A stretch of 60,000 nt of DNA, taken from positions 1 to 60,000 of the IMG/VR virus record IMGVR_UViG_3300032246_001735; one strand, written 5' to 3'. Under the pieces are notes generated by a model, which was not told the origin of the DNA, ran no database searches, and saw nothing but the letters and a program-made list of their open reading frames with translations. Shown in pieces: positions 18,521 through 29,355 of the stretch. Origin of the DNA: a virus (lineage: Duplodnaviria > Caudoviricetes). The position numbers and the translations under genes were made by a program. Each line of letters opens with the position of its first letter. The stretch's first letter is position 1.

Positions 18521-19272
18521 CGTATGAATGTTAATATTGGACAGGTTTCTGCTATTTCATATGTGCCCACATCAACAAAACGGCTGCCTGCGGGTGCTAT
18601 ATCTAATATTTCTCGCCTGGTAGGAAACCAACTTGTGGAAGTGCTGGTACGATAAGCATCTATAGAACTGGTATTCTTCCAGGGTAACTGGCCAGGATCA
18701 GGGAACAAATCATCAAACAACTCTGCTATCTTGGTCACAGGAAATACACTTCCGTCCCTGTCGGCAATCAGCATATTGAGCAATCTGCGAAAAGCAGTAA
18801 AACTCATAGTACCTGCTTTGGCCTCTGCCAGTATCTGTTCTCGAGTAACAGGTATATCAGGGCGTGTCCACACACGGGCAGCAAACACACCCCCGTGTTT
18901 GAGCCACTGTAAACTACGATTGAACAACTGCTCAACTTCTACAGGATATGCCAGCATATTCACACTACCATCTCCTATAATAGCATCAAATGTGCCTGCA
19001 GGTAAATCTACAGTAAGCCAATTATCCTGTTGTACCTGTTTAGTTGCTGTGTTACCGGGCCATACTCGCTCGATCATTTCCGGACTATAGTCTACCGCAG
19101 TGATATGTTCATAGGCCGCGTGTATTTTAGCCGTTACACCTAGCAATAGGATATGTCCACTGGTAGGTGCTAGACTGATAAACTGGTCTATGATTTCTTG
19201 ATTTGGATTTAAGGGAGGGCCGCTCTGGTTATATGTTAAACTACGAGCGGCCCAGTGTGTTGTATTCGACAA
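18517..19272 (-). CDS. Class I SAM-dependent methyltransferase
   Basis: LLLGVT, AVDYSPEMI, FDAIIGDG, LKHGG; TTG start after AGGAGG. Confidence 0.75.
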   Translation of the reverse strand: MSNTTHWAARSLTYNQSGPPLNPNQEIIDQFISLAPTSGHILLLGVTAKIHAAYEHITAVDYSPEMIERVWPGNTATKQVQQDNWLTVDLPAGTFDAIIGDGSVNMLAYPVEVEQLFNRSLQWLKHGGVFAARVWTRPDIPVTREQILAEAKAGTMSFTAFRRLLNMLIADRDGSVFPVTKIAELFDDLFPDPGQLPWKNTSSIDAYRTSTSTSWFPTRREILDIAPAGSRFVDVGTYEIAETCPILTFIR

Positions 19273-19302
19273 GATAGCCTCCTGTCGATATTTAATTATA
19301 TA

Positions 19303-22089
19303 TTACCAACTCCAGTCCATAATATGAACAGGACTATCGCAGGACAGCAACCAACGGTTTATATCAACTTTGGTCAATGTGGCGATACAAGGAATTTGAG
19401 TGTAGTTAGGGTGACGCACACTCCAACCTTCCCCGCTGTCATACTGGTTACCTATCATATACTCTGCTGGGTTGGCAGGCATAATTGTAACACTATTGTT
19501 TTCTGGCCAGAACATCAATGACTTAAAACCTTTATCTTTCATAAAATGAATTCGAGTACCTATTTCAAAAGGCACACTACTGTTTGTGGGCACATAAATG
19601 TATACGCTTACACCCCAAGCCCAATTTTCAGCAACCCAACGAGTCATCCTGCCTGCATCATCTAGGTTGAGATAATAGTCATCGGTATTGTAAATTCGCG
19701 GACTGTCATAACCCTGCGGATATCCAGGTTTGTAGGCAGTTTTTTGTACGCTACCATCTTCAAATCCTAAAGAATACAGATTTTCAATTCTTCCGTTAGT
19801 TTCTCCAGATCTAATCGATACTGAAGTATTGCTAACTGTTGAATTAGCAGCAGTGAAACTTGATGTTGTAGACACGGTCAAACTGGTAGCAGTTGTCCAA
19901 AATATAGCCATAGTTTGAACAGTGGCTGTTGAGGTTGTTACATTCCAATTAACTGCTCGATAATGGAATCTTCCAATGTGGTCATCGCTAGCACCCGTGC
20001 CGTCTGTGGGGAAATTCAGGCCGAATCCGACATCATCGCTTCCTTGATAACTGTTGCCAGCAAGATAAAATCTATCGCCCTGTACAGATAAAATTTGATA
20101 ACCGTTGTTCCAGTTAGAATCTTCGTCAGCAGTGGTTCCAGCGTCTCTTTGCCATATGGTATTACCGTGAGTATCAAATTTAACGATTAAGAAATCGTCG
20201 CCGGTGTTATTACCCATATAATCGTATTCAGCAGCAACATAAACATTATTGTCGCTGTCAACTTTTACACAGGCATTCCACATATCCAAAGGATCCCCTC
20301 GAGCAATCCATTTTTGCCATAGAACAGTACCAGAACTGTTTACCTTGGTAATAATTTTATCGTGGCAGACTATGATATTATCTTGACTGTCAACTACCAC
20401 ACCGGTATAACCGTTATCGAAATCATTAAAGTTTACCGGATCAAAGTTCTTGGCCCATATCAAGTTACCCGAACTGTCCACCTTGACCAATATACCTCTG
20501 GTTCGATAGTTTAGAACAGAAAGATCATATGTGTTACCGGCTATGTAAATATTGCCATTGCTGTCAGTGTCTACTGCTTGGGCGTTATCCCAGGCAGTAT
20601 CACCAAATAGTCTATTCCAGGTTGGGGTCCAAATAAATGATTGCTGTTCTTCGTGTCGTACATACCAAGTACCTGTTGTACCAAAATTTACACTGCTGCC
20701 AGAATACAATTTAATTGTGCTGGTATTAAACGTTCCTGTAAACGCAAAATCAGTAACTTCTCCGCTTCCGCCAACTGCGGTAACAGTAACAGTAGCACTG
20801 GTTAAACCTCCGTAGTCTCCGGGATTGATGTACACAGTATCATTTACAGCATAGCCCGATCCTTGTTGTTGTAACCAGAAACCAACATGATCTTGATAAC
20901 TTGGAAAATAGACATCACTGCCCTTCATACGCCACACCGTACTCAACAGCAAGTTTGATCCTGACGCAATATTTGTGCCGGTAACACCGATAAATTGTGC
21001 TCCACCTGTGCTCAATCCGGTGATAGATGCGGCTGTTACACTACCAGTGGTTACTGCAGTAATAGTGATAGTGGCATCATTTACTGTGTCAGCACCGCCC
21101 AACGCACTGCCTAACACCAAAATCTTGTTTCTTACAAAGTAGTTTGAACCACCTGCGGTAACGGCATCAAGTGTGTATCCACCTGCTCCGTCACTGCTGA
21201 CCGTAAATGTAGCACCGGTGCCAGTACTGGCAATTCCAAATGTAGGAATGTTATTATATTGATTTACCCCAGTGATATACAGTTTGTTTACAATATTTGT
21301 TCCTGTTATGTACCAATTATAATAAGGAACCGGATACTCACCTGCTGGGAATACTGTAGCATCAACGAACGCAATATCTTGTGTGCTACCTGTTTGTGTA
21401 GTAACAGCATATACAGTTAAATTACCAGTTTTACTGCCTATTACAATAGGATCACCTGAATTTGTCAGTGCGATATCATAAACATATAGATAGCCGTAGT
21501 CACTACCATCTGCAATATTGTCATCTCTAATAGTAACAACATCGCCGATGAGAGCACCAGTTGTGGGGTTCATTTTAATAACCGCAACTGTATCATCATA
21601 TTCAGGACCCGGAGTATTCTTCCACCACTGTGCTGTTAAGACCAGTTGATCTGTGGCAGTATTGTAGATACCGCTAATTCCAGCACCTTCATAGCCATCT
21701 GCCCAGGTTATTTCTTTTGCCCAAACAATATCACCATTGACATCAACTTTAACCACATGACCTCGGCCGGTTCCATGATCATATTCAGTATCGCCACCTA
21801 GATAATAAGCACCGCCGTTTGGATCTGCAACCACTGATTCAAACCACCAATCTTGACCACTCGGTGGTGTGTCGTTAGGCACCGGGCCGTGTAGTAAAAA
21901 ACCGCCAACAACATCTCTAGGCTTAACATAGGCACTGGAATATTCCAAGTTAGACCAATTCAAGGTACCGTCACCGTGCTTGACTTTGCCAGTGTCGGTT
22001 TCTAAACCTGGTTCACCTGCGGCTAGGATGGGATTGTTTGTGGTCCAGTTGGCCGCTGTATCTCTGCGTAGTTTAATTCTTGTTGTCAT
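19303..22089 (-). CDS. Tail fibre/spike protein: Mtd_N-like head plus beta-propeller-like repeats
   Basis: Start refined to MTTRIKLRRDTAANWTTNNPILAAGEPGLETDTGK (GGAG upstream); repeated VK.D..G..W segments. Confidence 0.78.
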   Translation of the reverse strand: MTTRIKLRRDTAANWTTNNPILAAGEPGLETDTGKVKHGDGTLNWSNLEYSSAYVKPRDVVGGFLLHGPVPNDTPPSGQDWWFESVVADPNGGAYYLGGDTEYDHGTGRGHVVKVDVNGDIVWAKEITWADGYEGAGISGIYNTATDQLVLTAQWWKNTPGPEYDDTVAVIKMNPTTGALIGDVVTIRDDNIADGSDYGYLYVYDIALTNSGDPIVIGSKTGNLTVYAVTTQTGSTQDIAFVDATVFPAGEYPVPYYNWYITGTNIVNKLYITGVNQYNNIPTFGIASTGTGATFTVSSDGAGGYTLDAVTAGGSNYFVRNKILVLGSALGGADTVNDATITITAVTTGSVTAASITGLSTGGAQFIGVTGTNIASGSNLLLSTVWRMKGSDVYFPSYQDHVGFWLQQQGSGYAVNDTVYINPGDYGGLTSATVTVTAVGGSGEVTDFAFTGTFNTSTIKLYSGSSVNFGTTGTWYVRHEEQQSFIWTPTWNRLFGDTAWDNAQAVDTDSNGNIYIAGNTYDLSVLNYRTRGILVKVDSSGNLIWAKNFDPVNFNDFDNGYTGVVVDSQDNIIVCHDKIITKVNSSGTVLWQKWIARGDPLDMWNACVKVDSDNNVYVAAEYDYMGNNTGDDFLIVKFDTHGNTIWQRDAGTTADEDSNWNNGYQILSVQGDRFYLAGNSYQGSDDVGFGLNFPTDGTGASDDHIGRFHYRAVNWNVTTSTATVQTMAIFWTTATSLTVSTTSSFTAANSTVSNTSVSIRSGETNGRIENLYSLGFEDGSVQKTAYKPGYPQGYDSPRIYNTDDYYLNLDDAGRMTRWVAENWAWGVSVYIYVPTNSSVPFEIGTRIHFMKDKGFKSLMFWPENNSVTIMPANPAEYMIGNQYDSGEGWSVRHPNYTQIPCIATLTKVDINRWLLSCDSPVHIMDWSW

Positions 22090-22090
22090 T

Positions 22091-22297
22091 TTATGCTCCG
22101 CCACCGTCTATGGTGTTATCTATTAGTTCGTTGTATACCGTATCAGAGTATCCTCCCTCTGCTACTGAATTTGCCTGCCCGTGTACTACGGGCCACGCTG
22201 TGCTCCATCTATCCCCGACCCAAACGTAAACTGTTCCGTTATTAGGGATGTATTCCTGACCTAGTGTGGGATTTTTTGGAAATGTAATTGCTGTCAT
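22091..22297 (-). CDS. Small tail-associated protein
   Basis: Start refined to MTAITFPKNPTLGQEY..YVWVGDRW; ends IDGGGA. Confidence 0.65.
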   Translation of the reverse strand: MTAITFPKNPTLGQEYIPNNGTVYVWVGDRWSTAWPVVHGQANSVAEGGYSDTVYNELIDNTIDGGGA

Positions 22298-22313
22298 ATG
22301 TGTATTTACCCTA

Positions 22314-23048
22314 TTATAGTCCGAATCTTGCTCGCTCGGCATTGTAATTTTGTAGCACTCCTGCGGCGTCTAAAGCTGTTTCGTAGATGCGTACAACTGC
22401 TAGTCTACCTCCCCACCACTCGGCATTGTCCCATCGACCCATTAGTCTAATGCCGTTACCGCCTCTTGAAGAAGGCGGCGAACCAGGTGTATTGGAAGTT
22501 ACTACTTGCCCATTAACATACAATTTAATAGTAGTTCCGTCCCAGGAACCCGCAATATGATACCAGTTGCCCGCTGTAAGAGTATATCCCGGAGGAGTAG
22601 CAGCCCACCCACCACCGGGGAAATAACCTGCCTGTAGATTAGGGCTAGTATCTTGAGTATTACCTAGGGTAAAGTTTATAGGATTACCGAAGTACAATTC
22701 CGTAAGGATACATGGACTATTACCGGTGTTAGTGCCAGTGTAATAATGCCAAACTTCCGCTGTCCAATTAGTTAAATCGTTAGCAAGACTACTGCCATCA
22801 GCATACTGACTGCTAGTAGGATCAAAGGTAAGGTATCCGCCATTGTCAGCAGAATATGTAGGACCGTTGTTTAAGGTAAATGCGTTAGCAGCCACTAGAT
22901 CAGTCCAAGTAGTTCCCGAACCTGGATAACTAGTGGGATTACCGGCATCTAGATGTAATCGTAGTCCAGCAGTAACCACAATATATGGATTAGCATCTAG
23001 AACTATGCCCGGACCTAGGCTAAATCCTGAATTTAATATTAGACTCAT
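22314..23048 (-). CDS. LamG/concanavalin A-like lectin domain virion protein
   Basis: GL.LHLDAGN..SYPGSGTTWTDL; WYHIAGSWDG..LYVNG; QNYNAERARFGL. Confidence 0.85.
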   Translation of the reverse strand: MSLILNSGFSLGPGIVLDANPYIVVTAGLRLHLDAGNPTSYPGSGTTWTDLVAANAFTLNNGPTYSADNGGYLTFDPTSSQYADGSSLANDLTNWTAEVWHYYTGTNTGNSPCILTELYFGNPINFTLGNTQDTSPNLQAGYFPGGGWAATPPGYTLTAGNWYHIAGSWDGTTIKLYVNGQVVTSNTPGSPPSSRGGNGIRLMGRWDNAEWWGGRLAVVRIYETALDAAGVLQNYNAERARFGL

Positions 23049-23800
23049 AGTCCATACCTTGTTTTAGTTCTGTTAAACTCACTGGTAACTTCTTGCTGTG
23101 TAAGTGCTCGGCTATAGGCTATGGCACCGCCAATGTATCCATGTAAAGGGTAACTATCTCCAGGAGCACTGCCTATCCTAAATGGTAAAACGCTGTCGGC
23201 CCAATTGTAACTGGTAATAATGGTTGTTCCTATTTGATTACCGTTAACATAAAGTCTCGATTGTCCGGCATTGCCATCGGCTACAAATGTTATATAAGCC
23301 CACGTGCTAAAATAAGCATTGTAGGGTTGGTTTATATCAAAACTGCTACTGGTATTCAGTACTCTTGCTTCTGTTATATTATTAGATCCGCCCGACAGCA
23401 TTAAAAAATAAAAATGGAAATTGCCATCTCGCCAACCGGCAACGTGTTGATAATCAAGAGTTTGAGTAATGTTAGCCCATACGCTTAATGTGGCGTTAGG
23501 TGTTGTATTATCTGCTATACCCCAACCTGACTCACTGCCCACTATATCAATGTAGTTAGCACCTACACCACTAAACCCAAAGTAACCACCTATTGAATCA
23601 GTGTAGTAAGGAACTGTGCCATGTAGTGTAGCGTGTCTATTATTACCAGATATGTCTAACCAAGTAGTACCTGATGTATAGGTGCTAGCATCTAATTCAA
23701 ATAGAATAGGCAATCGCACAGGTGCTACATACTGAGTATTATTTCCTCTCAACGTAATACCGTTTCTAACTGTTTGTGCTCTTCGTATGGTTATTGACAT
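23045..23800 (-). CDS. LamG/concanavalin A-like lectin domain virion protein
   Basis: LDAS.Y.SGTTW.DISGN; RLYVNG; YSRALT..EV..FN..K.RYGL. Confidence 0.82.
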   Translation of the reverse strand: MSITIRRAQTVRNGITLRGNNTQYVAPVRLPILFELDASTYTSGTTWLDISGNNRHATLHGTVPYYTDSIGGYFGFSGVGANYIDIVGSESGWGIADNTTPNATLSVWANITQTLDYQHVAGWRDGNFHFYFLMLSGGSNNITEARVLNTSSSFDINQPYNAYFSTWAYITFVADGNAGQSRLYVNGNQIGTTIITSYNWADSVLPFRIGSAPGDSYPLHGYIGGAIAYSRALTQQEVTSEFNRTKTRYGL

Positions 23801-23803
23801 ATA

Positions 23804-26800
23804 TTAAAGAGTTGTATAACCCCAGTAGGCTGTTTGCGTTGATCCGCTGTTGTTTGTAATGCCAAAGCTAAACACGTTAGAAATAGTTCCGGTGTAACCA
23901 GTAGCTGAGCTGATAACGCCCGCTGTTCCAATAATTTGATTGGGTATAGAAGTTAATACCAAGGCATTTCCCGCGGCATAATACCACCCATATTGGCTTC
24001 CTATTGCCGGAACATTTGTGTTTGAAACATTTACTGTAGCATTCCATTCAACAATACCATAGTCACATGTTCCGCTAACCCACATTTGGTAGTTGCCGTT
24101 GGGGGGCACAGTGATACTAACTGTGTTAGCACCTGTAGCCAAAATCCAACTACCTGTTGTTCTATTAACAACTGCCGGGGCACCTGTTATATTACTGTAG
24201 GCAACAGTTCCGGTATAGGCTGTGGTCTGTACTGTGGCATCTGGAAACTTCAATGACTTGCCGCTGGCTATCTCTAAACCTGTTGGAACAAACTTAGCAA
24301 TTTGACCATTACCGGCATACACAGTGACTTCATTTTCTATCACAGCGTAACCGTCCCGTCCATTGCGGTATACAGTGATGTCTGAATCTGTTGTCCATAT
24401 TCTCGATTCGAGCGAACCGACGCTACCGTAACTGCTGATAGTTAGATCATTGTTAGGAAATGTCAGTGTGCCATTTGACGCCAACGAAACTACTGCTGTG
24501 CTAGATGTAAGTTGGAATACTGGGCCACCTGCTCCGCCACCTAGTACGCTGGCACCGTTGCGTACAATATCGCCTCCGGTTGGTAATATCAATGTACCAG
24601 TTGAATCAAACGTCCAAGTCTTGTCAGCGGCCTTGATATCAAGTTCAAGATATTGACTTATGGTATAGACAAGATCTGGACTTGTTGGATTATGTCCACC
24701 ACTGTTGAATTCTGATCCATCTGGTAATGGCGTATTGCCACTGCCTATTCTTATGATCAGATTATCGCCGTTGTCTTGTACTCCAGTGATCTGTTTCCAA
24801 CCTACTAAACCAGGACCTTTGATATACCAAGCGCCGCCTATGGTTGCGATTGATCGCAATATAGGATTGTCAGTATAATAAAAGGCTCCTGCCTGTGGTA
24901 GATAGTTGAAAACTGCGTTAGTAGCAGTAAAGCAGTAGCCCTTTAGAGTGTTTTCGGGAAGTACAGTACTACCATCATGAGCAAAGATCCAGTTATTGCG
25001 ACTGTTAAACGCACCTGTAGATACAACCACCGAACCGGTTGATGCGTTTTCTGGACTGTTAACTCTCACAGCGGCCCATTTTCTTGTTGGCATTGTACCA
25101 TCCGCAAACCAATATTGATTGATTCCTGAGGTGTTACCTTGTACACTAGTACCATATTGTGTTCCACTACTAACTGATATTCCATTGTTGTAAAAGGTTG
25201 TACCTTCAGGGAATAACAGTTGTCCTGGCAATGTTAGATCACCATCTGTGCCAAAATTCCAAGTGTTAAATGTTGACCCGGCATCTGGGCTTGTTGCGAC
25301 ACGCACATCTTGATCTTGGGCAAGTATTGCATTATATCCAGCATTGTTAGCTAATACTGCTTGACTACCCGAAGGTGCCTTAACTATTACTGCCGCCACA
25401 CCATCACTAGTAATAACTCCGCCTTGAGGCAATGTTAAGTTACCATCTGTGCCAAACTGCCAAGTGTTGAATACTGTTCCAGAATTGTTCACACTGGTCT
25501 GTACATAGGCACCGTCACCTTGAACGAAGAATTGTTGATAACCTGTACCACCGTTGGTTACTCCTGCTCCTTCGCCTGGAGCACCAAAAATAAATCCACC
25601 AGCTACTCCAGACCCACCTGGTAATGTTAGTGTACCATCTGCGCCAAACACCCAAGTACTTGTGTTAGTTCCTGTGCTGGCTATAACTGTAACATCTGTG
25701 CCTGTGCCGCCGCCTTTGATGATAGGTGTTGCAGCAGGTAGTGTTAGTACACCGTCTGTACCAAATGTCCAAGTGCTGGTTGTGGCTGTTGTGGCAGTTT
25801 CAATGTAGACATTAGGATCACTACTATTACCTAAAATTGTACTGGCTGTGCTGAGTGTTAGAACACCATCCTGTCCGTATACCCAGTTATTACGAGCGTT
25901 CATCGCACCGGTTGATACAACTACTGATCCTGTCGACGCATCTTCAGGAGCATTAACTCTTATTGCCGCCCAGTGTCTTGTTGGGTATGTGCCGGGACCA
26001 AACCATTGTAAGTTAATTCCGCTGTCGTTACCTGCTGAGGAAATAGCATACTGTGTGCCACTGGTTACTGATATTCCATGATTGTAAATGGCTGTGCCAT
26101 CTGTTGAACCAAAGTATAAGTTACCGTCAGGTAGTAATGTTGACCCATCTGTACCAAAGGTCCAGGTGCTGGTTGTTGTAGCAGTTGAGTAAGTTCCAAT
26201 AACTATGGTACCACTGTGATCTACTTTAACATACTGGCTATCATTGCCCAGGTATAGATCAGTATCATTACCATTTGCAGTTAGATGTATATGATTACCA
26301 TCAGCAACTGTAGGATAAATTACTAGGGCTTGTCCAGTGCTTGCATTTGCCGGAGCAATAGACAACCATCCGCCACCTGGGCCATCGTTGTCAAAAATAG
26401 TTGCACCGTTTGGTAATGTCAATACACCATTCGATGCTAAACTTACTACCGATGTGCTTGATGTTAGTTGCCAACCGTTAGCAGTTCCGCCACCTCCTCC
26501 GCTGGTCTCAACCACAGTCATTCTGCCAGCAAGTTGATCTAATCCTTCGCCAAAGGTGGATACTATTACTGAAAGGCTATTTGACCAATCTAGAGGATTT
26601 GCCGGTATGTATGTACTGTTATTATTTGTAACCTCACTACCATTAACCAATAAAATACCATCATTATTGATCGACAATGTGCTACCATTCATATTGATAG
26701 TTGACCCATCAATAGTGATGTTGCCTAGGTATGTTTCTGGATCAGGGACGGCCGAAGGACTAGCGTCAACCCATTGTCCACTGTAGGCAATATAAATTCT

Positions 26801-29353
26801 ACCTTCCCTAGAGTTAAACCATTGTGATCCCGGTGTGGTTGCGTCCGGAGCAGTGTCACTTATAATCACACTACCCAGTACAACATCAGTGTTTCCCTGA
26901 ACAGTTAGTGTACCCGATGTACTAACTGTGATAATGGGGTTGCCGTCAACTGTAATATAATTGTTTTGGCTAACTCCTAGAGCCACCCCGCCAATGTAGA
27001 TAGTGCCTGTACCCACATATAGACTATGCCATTGACTGCTGGTACTGCCTAGATCGTATTTTAAATTTTCTGCTGGTATAAGATTATGCGACACAATGTT
27101 GCCGGCAACTCCAATACCGCCAGCAACGGTCAATGCACCTGTAGTAGTACTGGTACTATTTGTGCCCGCAGCATTAAAGGTAGCCACAACATGTTTTTCC
27201 AGCGTACCTCCAGTATGTATTTTAACTGTAGTACCTGAACTGTCTGTACCCACAGTGAGATTATTACCAGAAGCATATAAGTATCCGTCTCTGCCTCCGG
27301 ATATGGTCCATCTGTTAGAACTAAAATTGCTACCGTTAATACCAAGATCTATATAATCAGTAGAGTCATTACCGCTATCTGCAGTGGCCACAAAGTCTGT
27401 ACTAGCACTAGTTCCTGTGCTTTGATTTTGTGCCTGTATCTGACTATAACCATCAACTTCAGAGGTAAACACCGACAATGGATTGATCGCTATCCAAGAA
27501 GGTATAACACCAAAAAATCCTGTTCTGGCATATAGATTACGCCAATGAGAGGAGGTAGATCCTAGATCATGAATATATGATATATTTGGGTTAACAGAAG
27601 TGTTGATTTTGGTAAGATCAATTTCATCACCTAGATTCCTGATTAAAAACTGTCCGGTCATGCCAGGATGATACTCACAGGCATAGTATAATATATCTGC
27701 AGCATTTTCCGGAACTGTAAATGTCAGTGTGCCAACCTCAACACCATTGTTAATGATTCCATCTGTATAAACAGAATTTATGTCAAAAGCACCCGGAGTG
27801 GTTTGAATCCAAAATGGATGACCTGGTAAGTTTGCTTCAAAATAATAAGTCAGCCCTCGAATTAATACAATATCAGGACTGTCCGGTGTTCCATTAAACA
27901 CATATTTTAAACCGTCTTGACTTTCAGTTACTACAAAAGTTCTACCTACTAGACTGCTTAATACCGAAAGACCATTGCGCTCAATGTCTCCACCCGCAGG
28001 AATAACCAATTTGCCATCTGGATTAAAGATCCACTCCTTTTCATTTGACCGTACTGTTAATCTAGATTTTACATCCTGAAACTCTAGTTGCCCGCCGCCC
28101 TGAAAGGTGCCAGTAAACGCATAAGATGCTTGATTTACCAGGGGCCAAGTATTATCTAGAATAAACTGATAGAGCACTCTACTGGACGTGGTCTGTGTGT
28201 TTATGGCTAATACTTTTGATGTGCCTACTCCGTTACTGATGTATATGGGCCCTACCATTCCTGCATGATGCTGGCATTGATAGTACAGAACATCCGGAGC
28301 ATTTAGAGGTACAGTAAAAGTAATAATTCCATCACCGGTACCTTGATTTGTAACACCAAGACTGTAAACATCTGCAGGATTATATCCTGCACCTGTGGTC
28401 TGTATATAAACAGGATGGGGAGGAGCAAATACATTCAAATAGTAGGTATTTCCCCTCTGCAGATACAGTGGTTTATTCACTGTTCCATCTACAAGATAAT
28501 TCAAAAAGCCAGGCTGTTTGATTACGGTATAACTAGTAGCATTTGGATCGGGCTGATCTATTCCTGCACCACTAGCATACCAGTTGACACGAATATTAGT
28601 CATAGCAGGGTGAACATCGAGGAATTGACTAATAACGTTAGATCTGCCAGTAGTACCTGTATTGGTAAATGTTTCGGCGTTGGATAGACCAAGATAAGGC
28701 GTATACCCTGTTCCGTTAACTGGAACGGACAGCGCAGCGTCTTCGTATAGATTTATTGTATTAGGATCTATTACTTGAACATAGTGATATTTGTTGTTGA
28801 GCTCTACAGTGGTTCCGATGCCTGTAATCTTTACTAGATCAGAATTACTTAGGTTATGCAATCCAACAGTGTGTACCATTACCGGAGAATCCAGCATGAT
28901 ATCATTAATATAAATTATTGTAGCAGTGGTTGCAGAACTAACGTAGGATTGAAGTATTCCACTGGGCGGAAAATGTAAACTTCCTTGAGCATCTAAATGT
29001 ACTTGAGCAGAACCGTTGATTAAAGAACTGGTAGACGCAAATCCACTCTGAAATGGTGTGCCGTTAATTGTGATATTTCCGCTACCGTTAATGGTTAACG
29101 CATTGCCATTAATAGTAACACCATCTGGACCCACATACAACTTGTCCCATTGTTTGCTGGCACTGCCTAGATTGTGTGTTTGGTCATTATCTGGAACAAG
29201 ATTGCTAGGAATTGCCAACAGATCAAAATTTGTACCTGTGGCTATCGTGGCCAATTCCGCAAAGTTAGCATTAACTTTACTAAATGCTGTGCGAATACTG
29301 TCGCCGTTGCCCGAATTAGGGCCAGTTCCTGTGTTAATGACTTGAATGGTCAT
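23804..29353 (-). CDS. Large baseplate-anchored fibre protein with two cupredoxin-like domains
   Basis: T4 gp9/gp10-like N-terminus (INTG..NSGNGDSIRTAF.KVN.NF.EL); YYQCQHHAGM and YYACEYHPGM; many W.FG.DG.L.LP repeats. Confidence 0.8.
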   Translation of the reverse strand: MTIQVINTGTGPNSGNGDSIRTAFSKVNANFAELATIATGTNFDLLAIPSNLVPDNDQTHNLGSASKQWDKLYVGPDGVTINGNALTINGSGNITINGTPFQSGFASTSSLINGSAQVHLDAQGSLHFPPSGILQSYVSSATTATIIYINDIMLDSPVMVHTVGLHNLSNSDLVKITGIGTTVELNNKYHYVQVIDPNTINLYEDAALSVPVNGTGYTPYLGLSNAETFTNTGTTGRSNVISQFLDVHPAMTNIRVNWYASGAGIDQPDPNATSYTVIKQPGFLNYLVDGTVNKPLYLQRGNTYYLNVFAPPHPVYIQTTGAGYNPADVYSLGVTNQGTGDGIITFTVPLNAPDVLYYQCQHHAGMVGPIYISNGVGTSKVLAINTQTTSSRVLYQFILDNTWPLVNQASYAFTGTFQGGGQLEFQDVKSRLTVRSNEKEWIFNPDGKLVIPAGGDIERNGLSVLSSLVGRTFVVTESQDGLKYVFNGTPDSPDIVLIRGLTYYFEANLPGHPFWIQTTPGAFDINSVYTDGIINNGVEVGTLTFTVPENAADILYYACEYHPGMTGQFLIRNLGDEIDLTKINTSVNPNISYIHDLGSTSSHWRNLYARTGFFGVIPSWIAINPLSVFTSEVDGYSQIQAQNQSTGTSASTDFVATADSGNDSTDYIDLGINGSNFSSNRWTISGGRDGYLYASGNNLTVGTDSSGTTVKIHTGGTLEKHVVATFNAAGTNSTSTTTGALTVAGGIGVAGNIVSHNLIPAENLKYDLGSTSSQWHSLYVGTGTIYIGGVALGVSQNNYITVDGNPIITVSTSGTLTVQGNTDVVLGSVIISDTAPDATTPGSQWFNSREGRIYIAYSGQWVDASPSAVPDPETYLGNITIDGSTINMNGSTLSINNDGILLVNGSEVTNNNSTYIPANPLDWSNSLSVIVSTFGEGLDQLAGRMTVVETSGGGGGTANGWQLTSSTSVVSLASNGVLTLPNGATIFDNDGPGGGWLSIAPANASTGQALVIYPTVADGNHIHLTANGNDTDLYLGNDSQYVKVDHSGTIVIGTYSTATTTSTWTFGTDGSTLLPDGNLYFGSTDGTAIYNHGISVTSGTQYAISSAGNDSGINLQWFGPGTYPTRHWAAIRVNAPEDASTGSVVVSTGAMNARNNWVYGQDGVLTLSTASTILGNSSDPNVYIETATTATTSTWTFGTDGVLTLPAATPIIKGGGTGTDVTVIASTGTNTSTWVFGADGTLTLPGGSGVAGGFIFGAPGEGAGVTNGGTGYQQFFVQGDGAYVQTSVNNSGTVFNTWQFGTDGNLTLPQGGVITSDGVAAVIVKAPSGSQAVLANNAGYNAILAQDQDVRVATSPDAGSTFNTWNFGTDGDLTLPGQLLFPEGTTFYNNGISVSSGTQYGTSVQGNTSGINQYWFADGTMPTRKWAAVRVNSPENASTGSVVVSTGAFNSRNNWIFAHDGSTVLPENTLKGYCFTATNAVFNYLPQAGAFYYTDNPILRSIATIGGAWYIKGPGLVGWKQITGVQDNGDNLIIRIGSGNTPLPDGSEFNSGGHNPTSPDLVYTISQYLELDIKAADKTWTFDSTGTLILPTGGDIVRNGASVLGGGAGGPVFQLTSSTAVVSLASNGTLTFPNNDLTISSYGSVGSLESRIWTTDSDITVYRNGRDGYAVIENEVTVYAGNGQIAKFVPTGLEIASGKSLKFPDATVQTTAYTGTVAYSNITGAPAVVNRTTGSWILATGANTVSITVPPNGNYQMWVSGTCDYGIVEWNATVNVSNTNVPAIGSQYGWYYAAGNALVLTSIPNQIIGTAGVISSATGYTGTISNVFSFGITNNSGSTQTAYWGYTTL

Positions 29354-29355
29354 GG

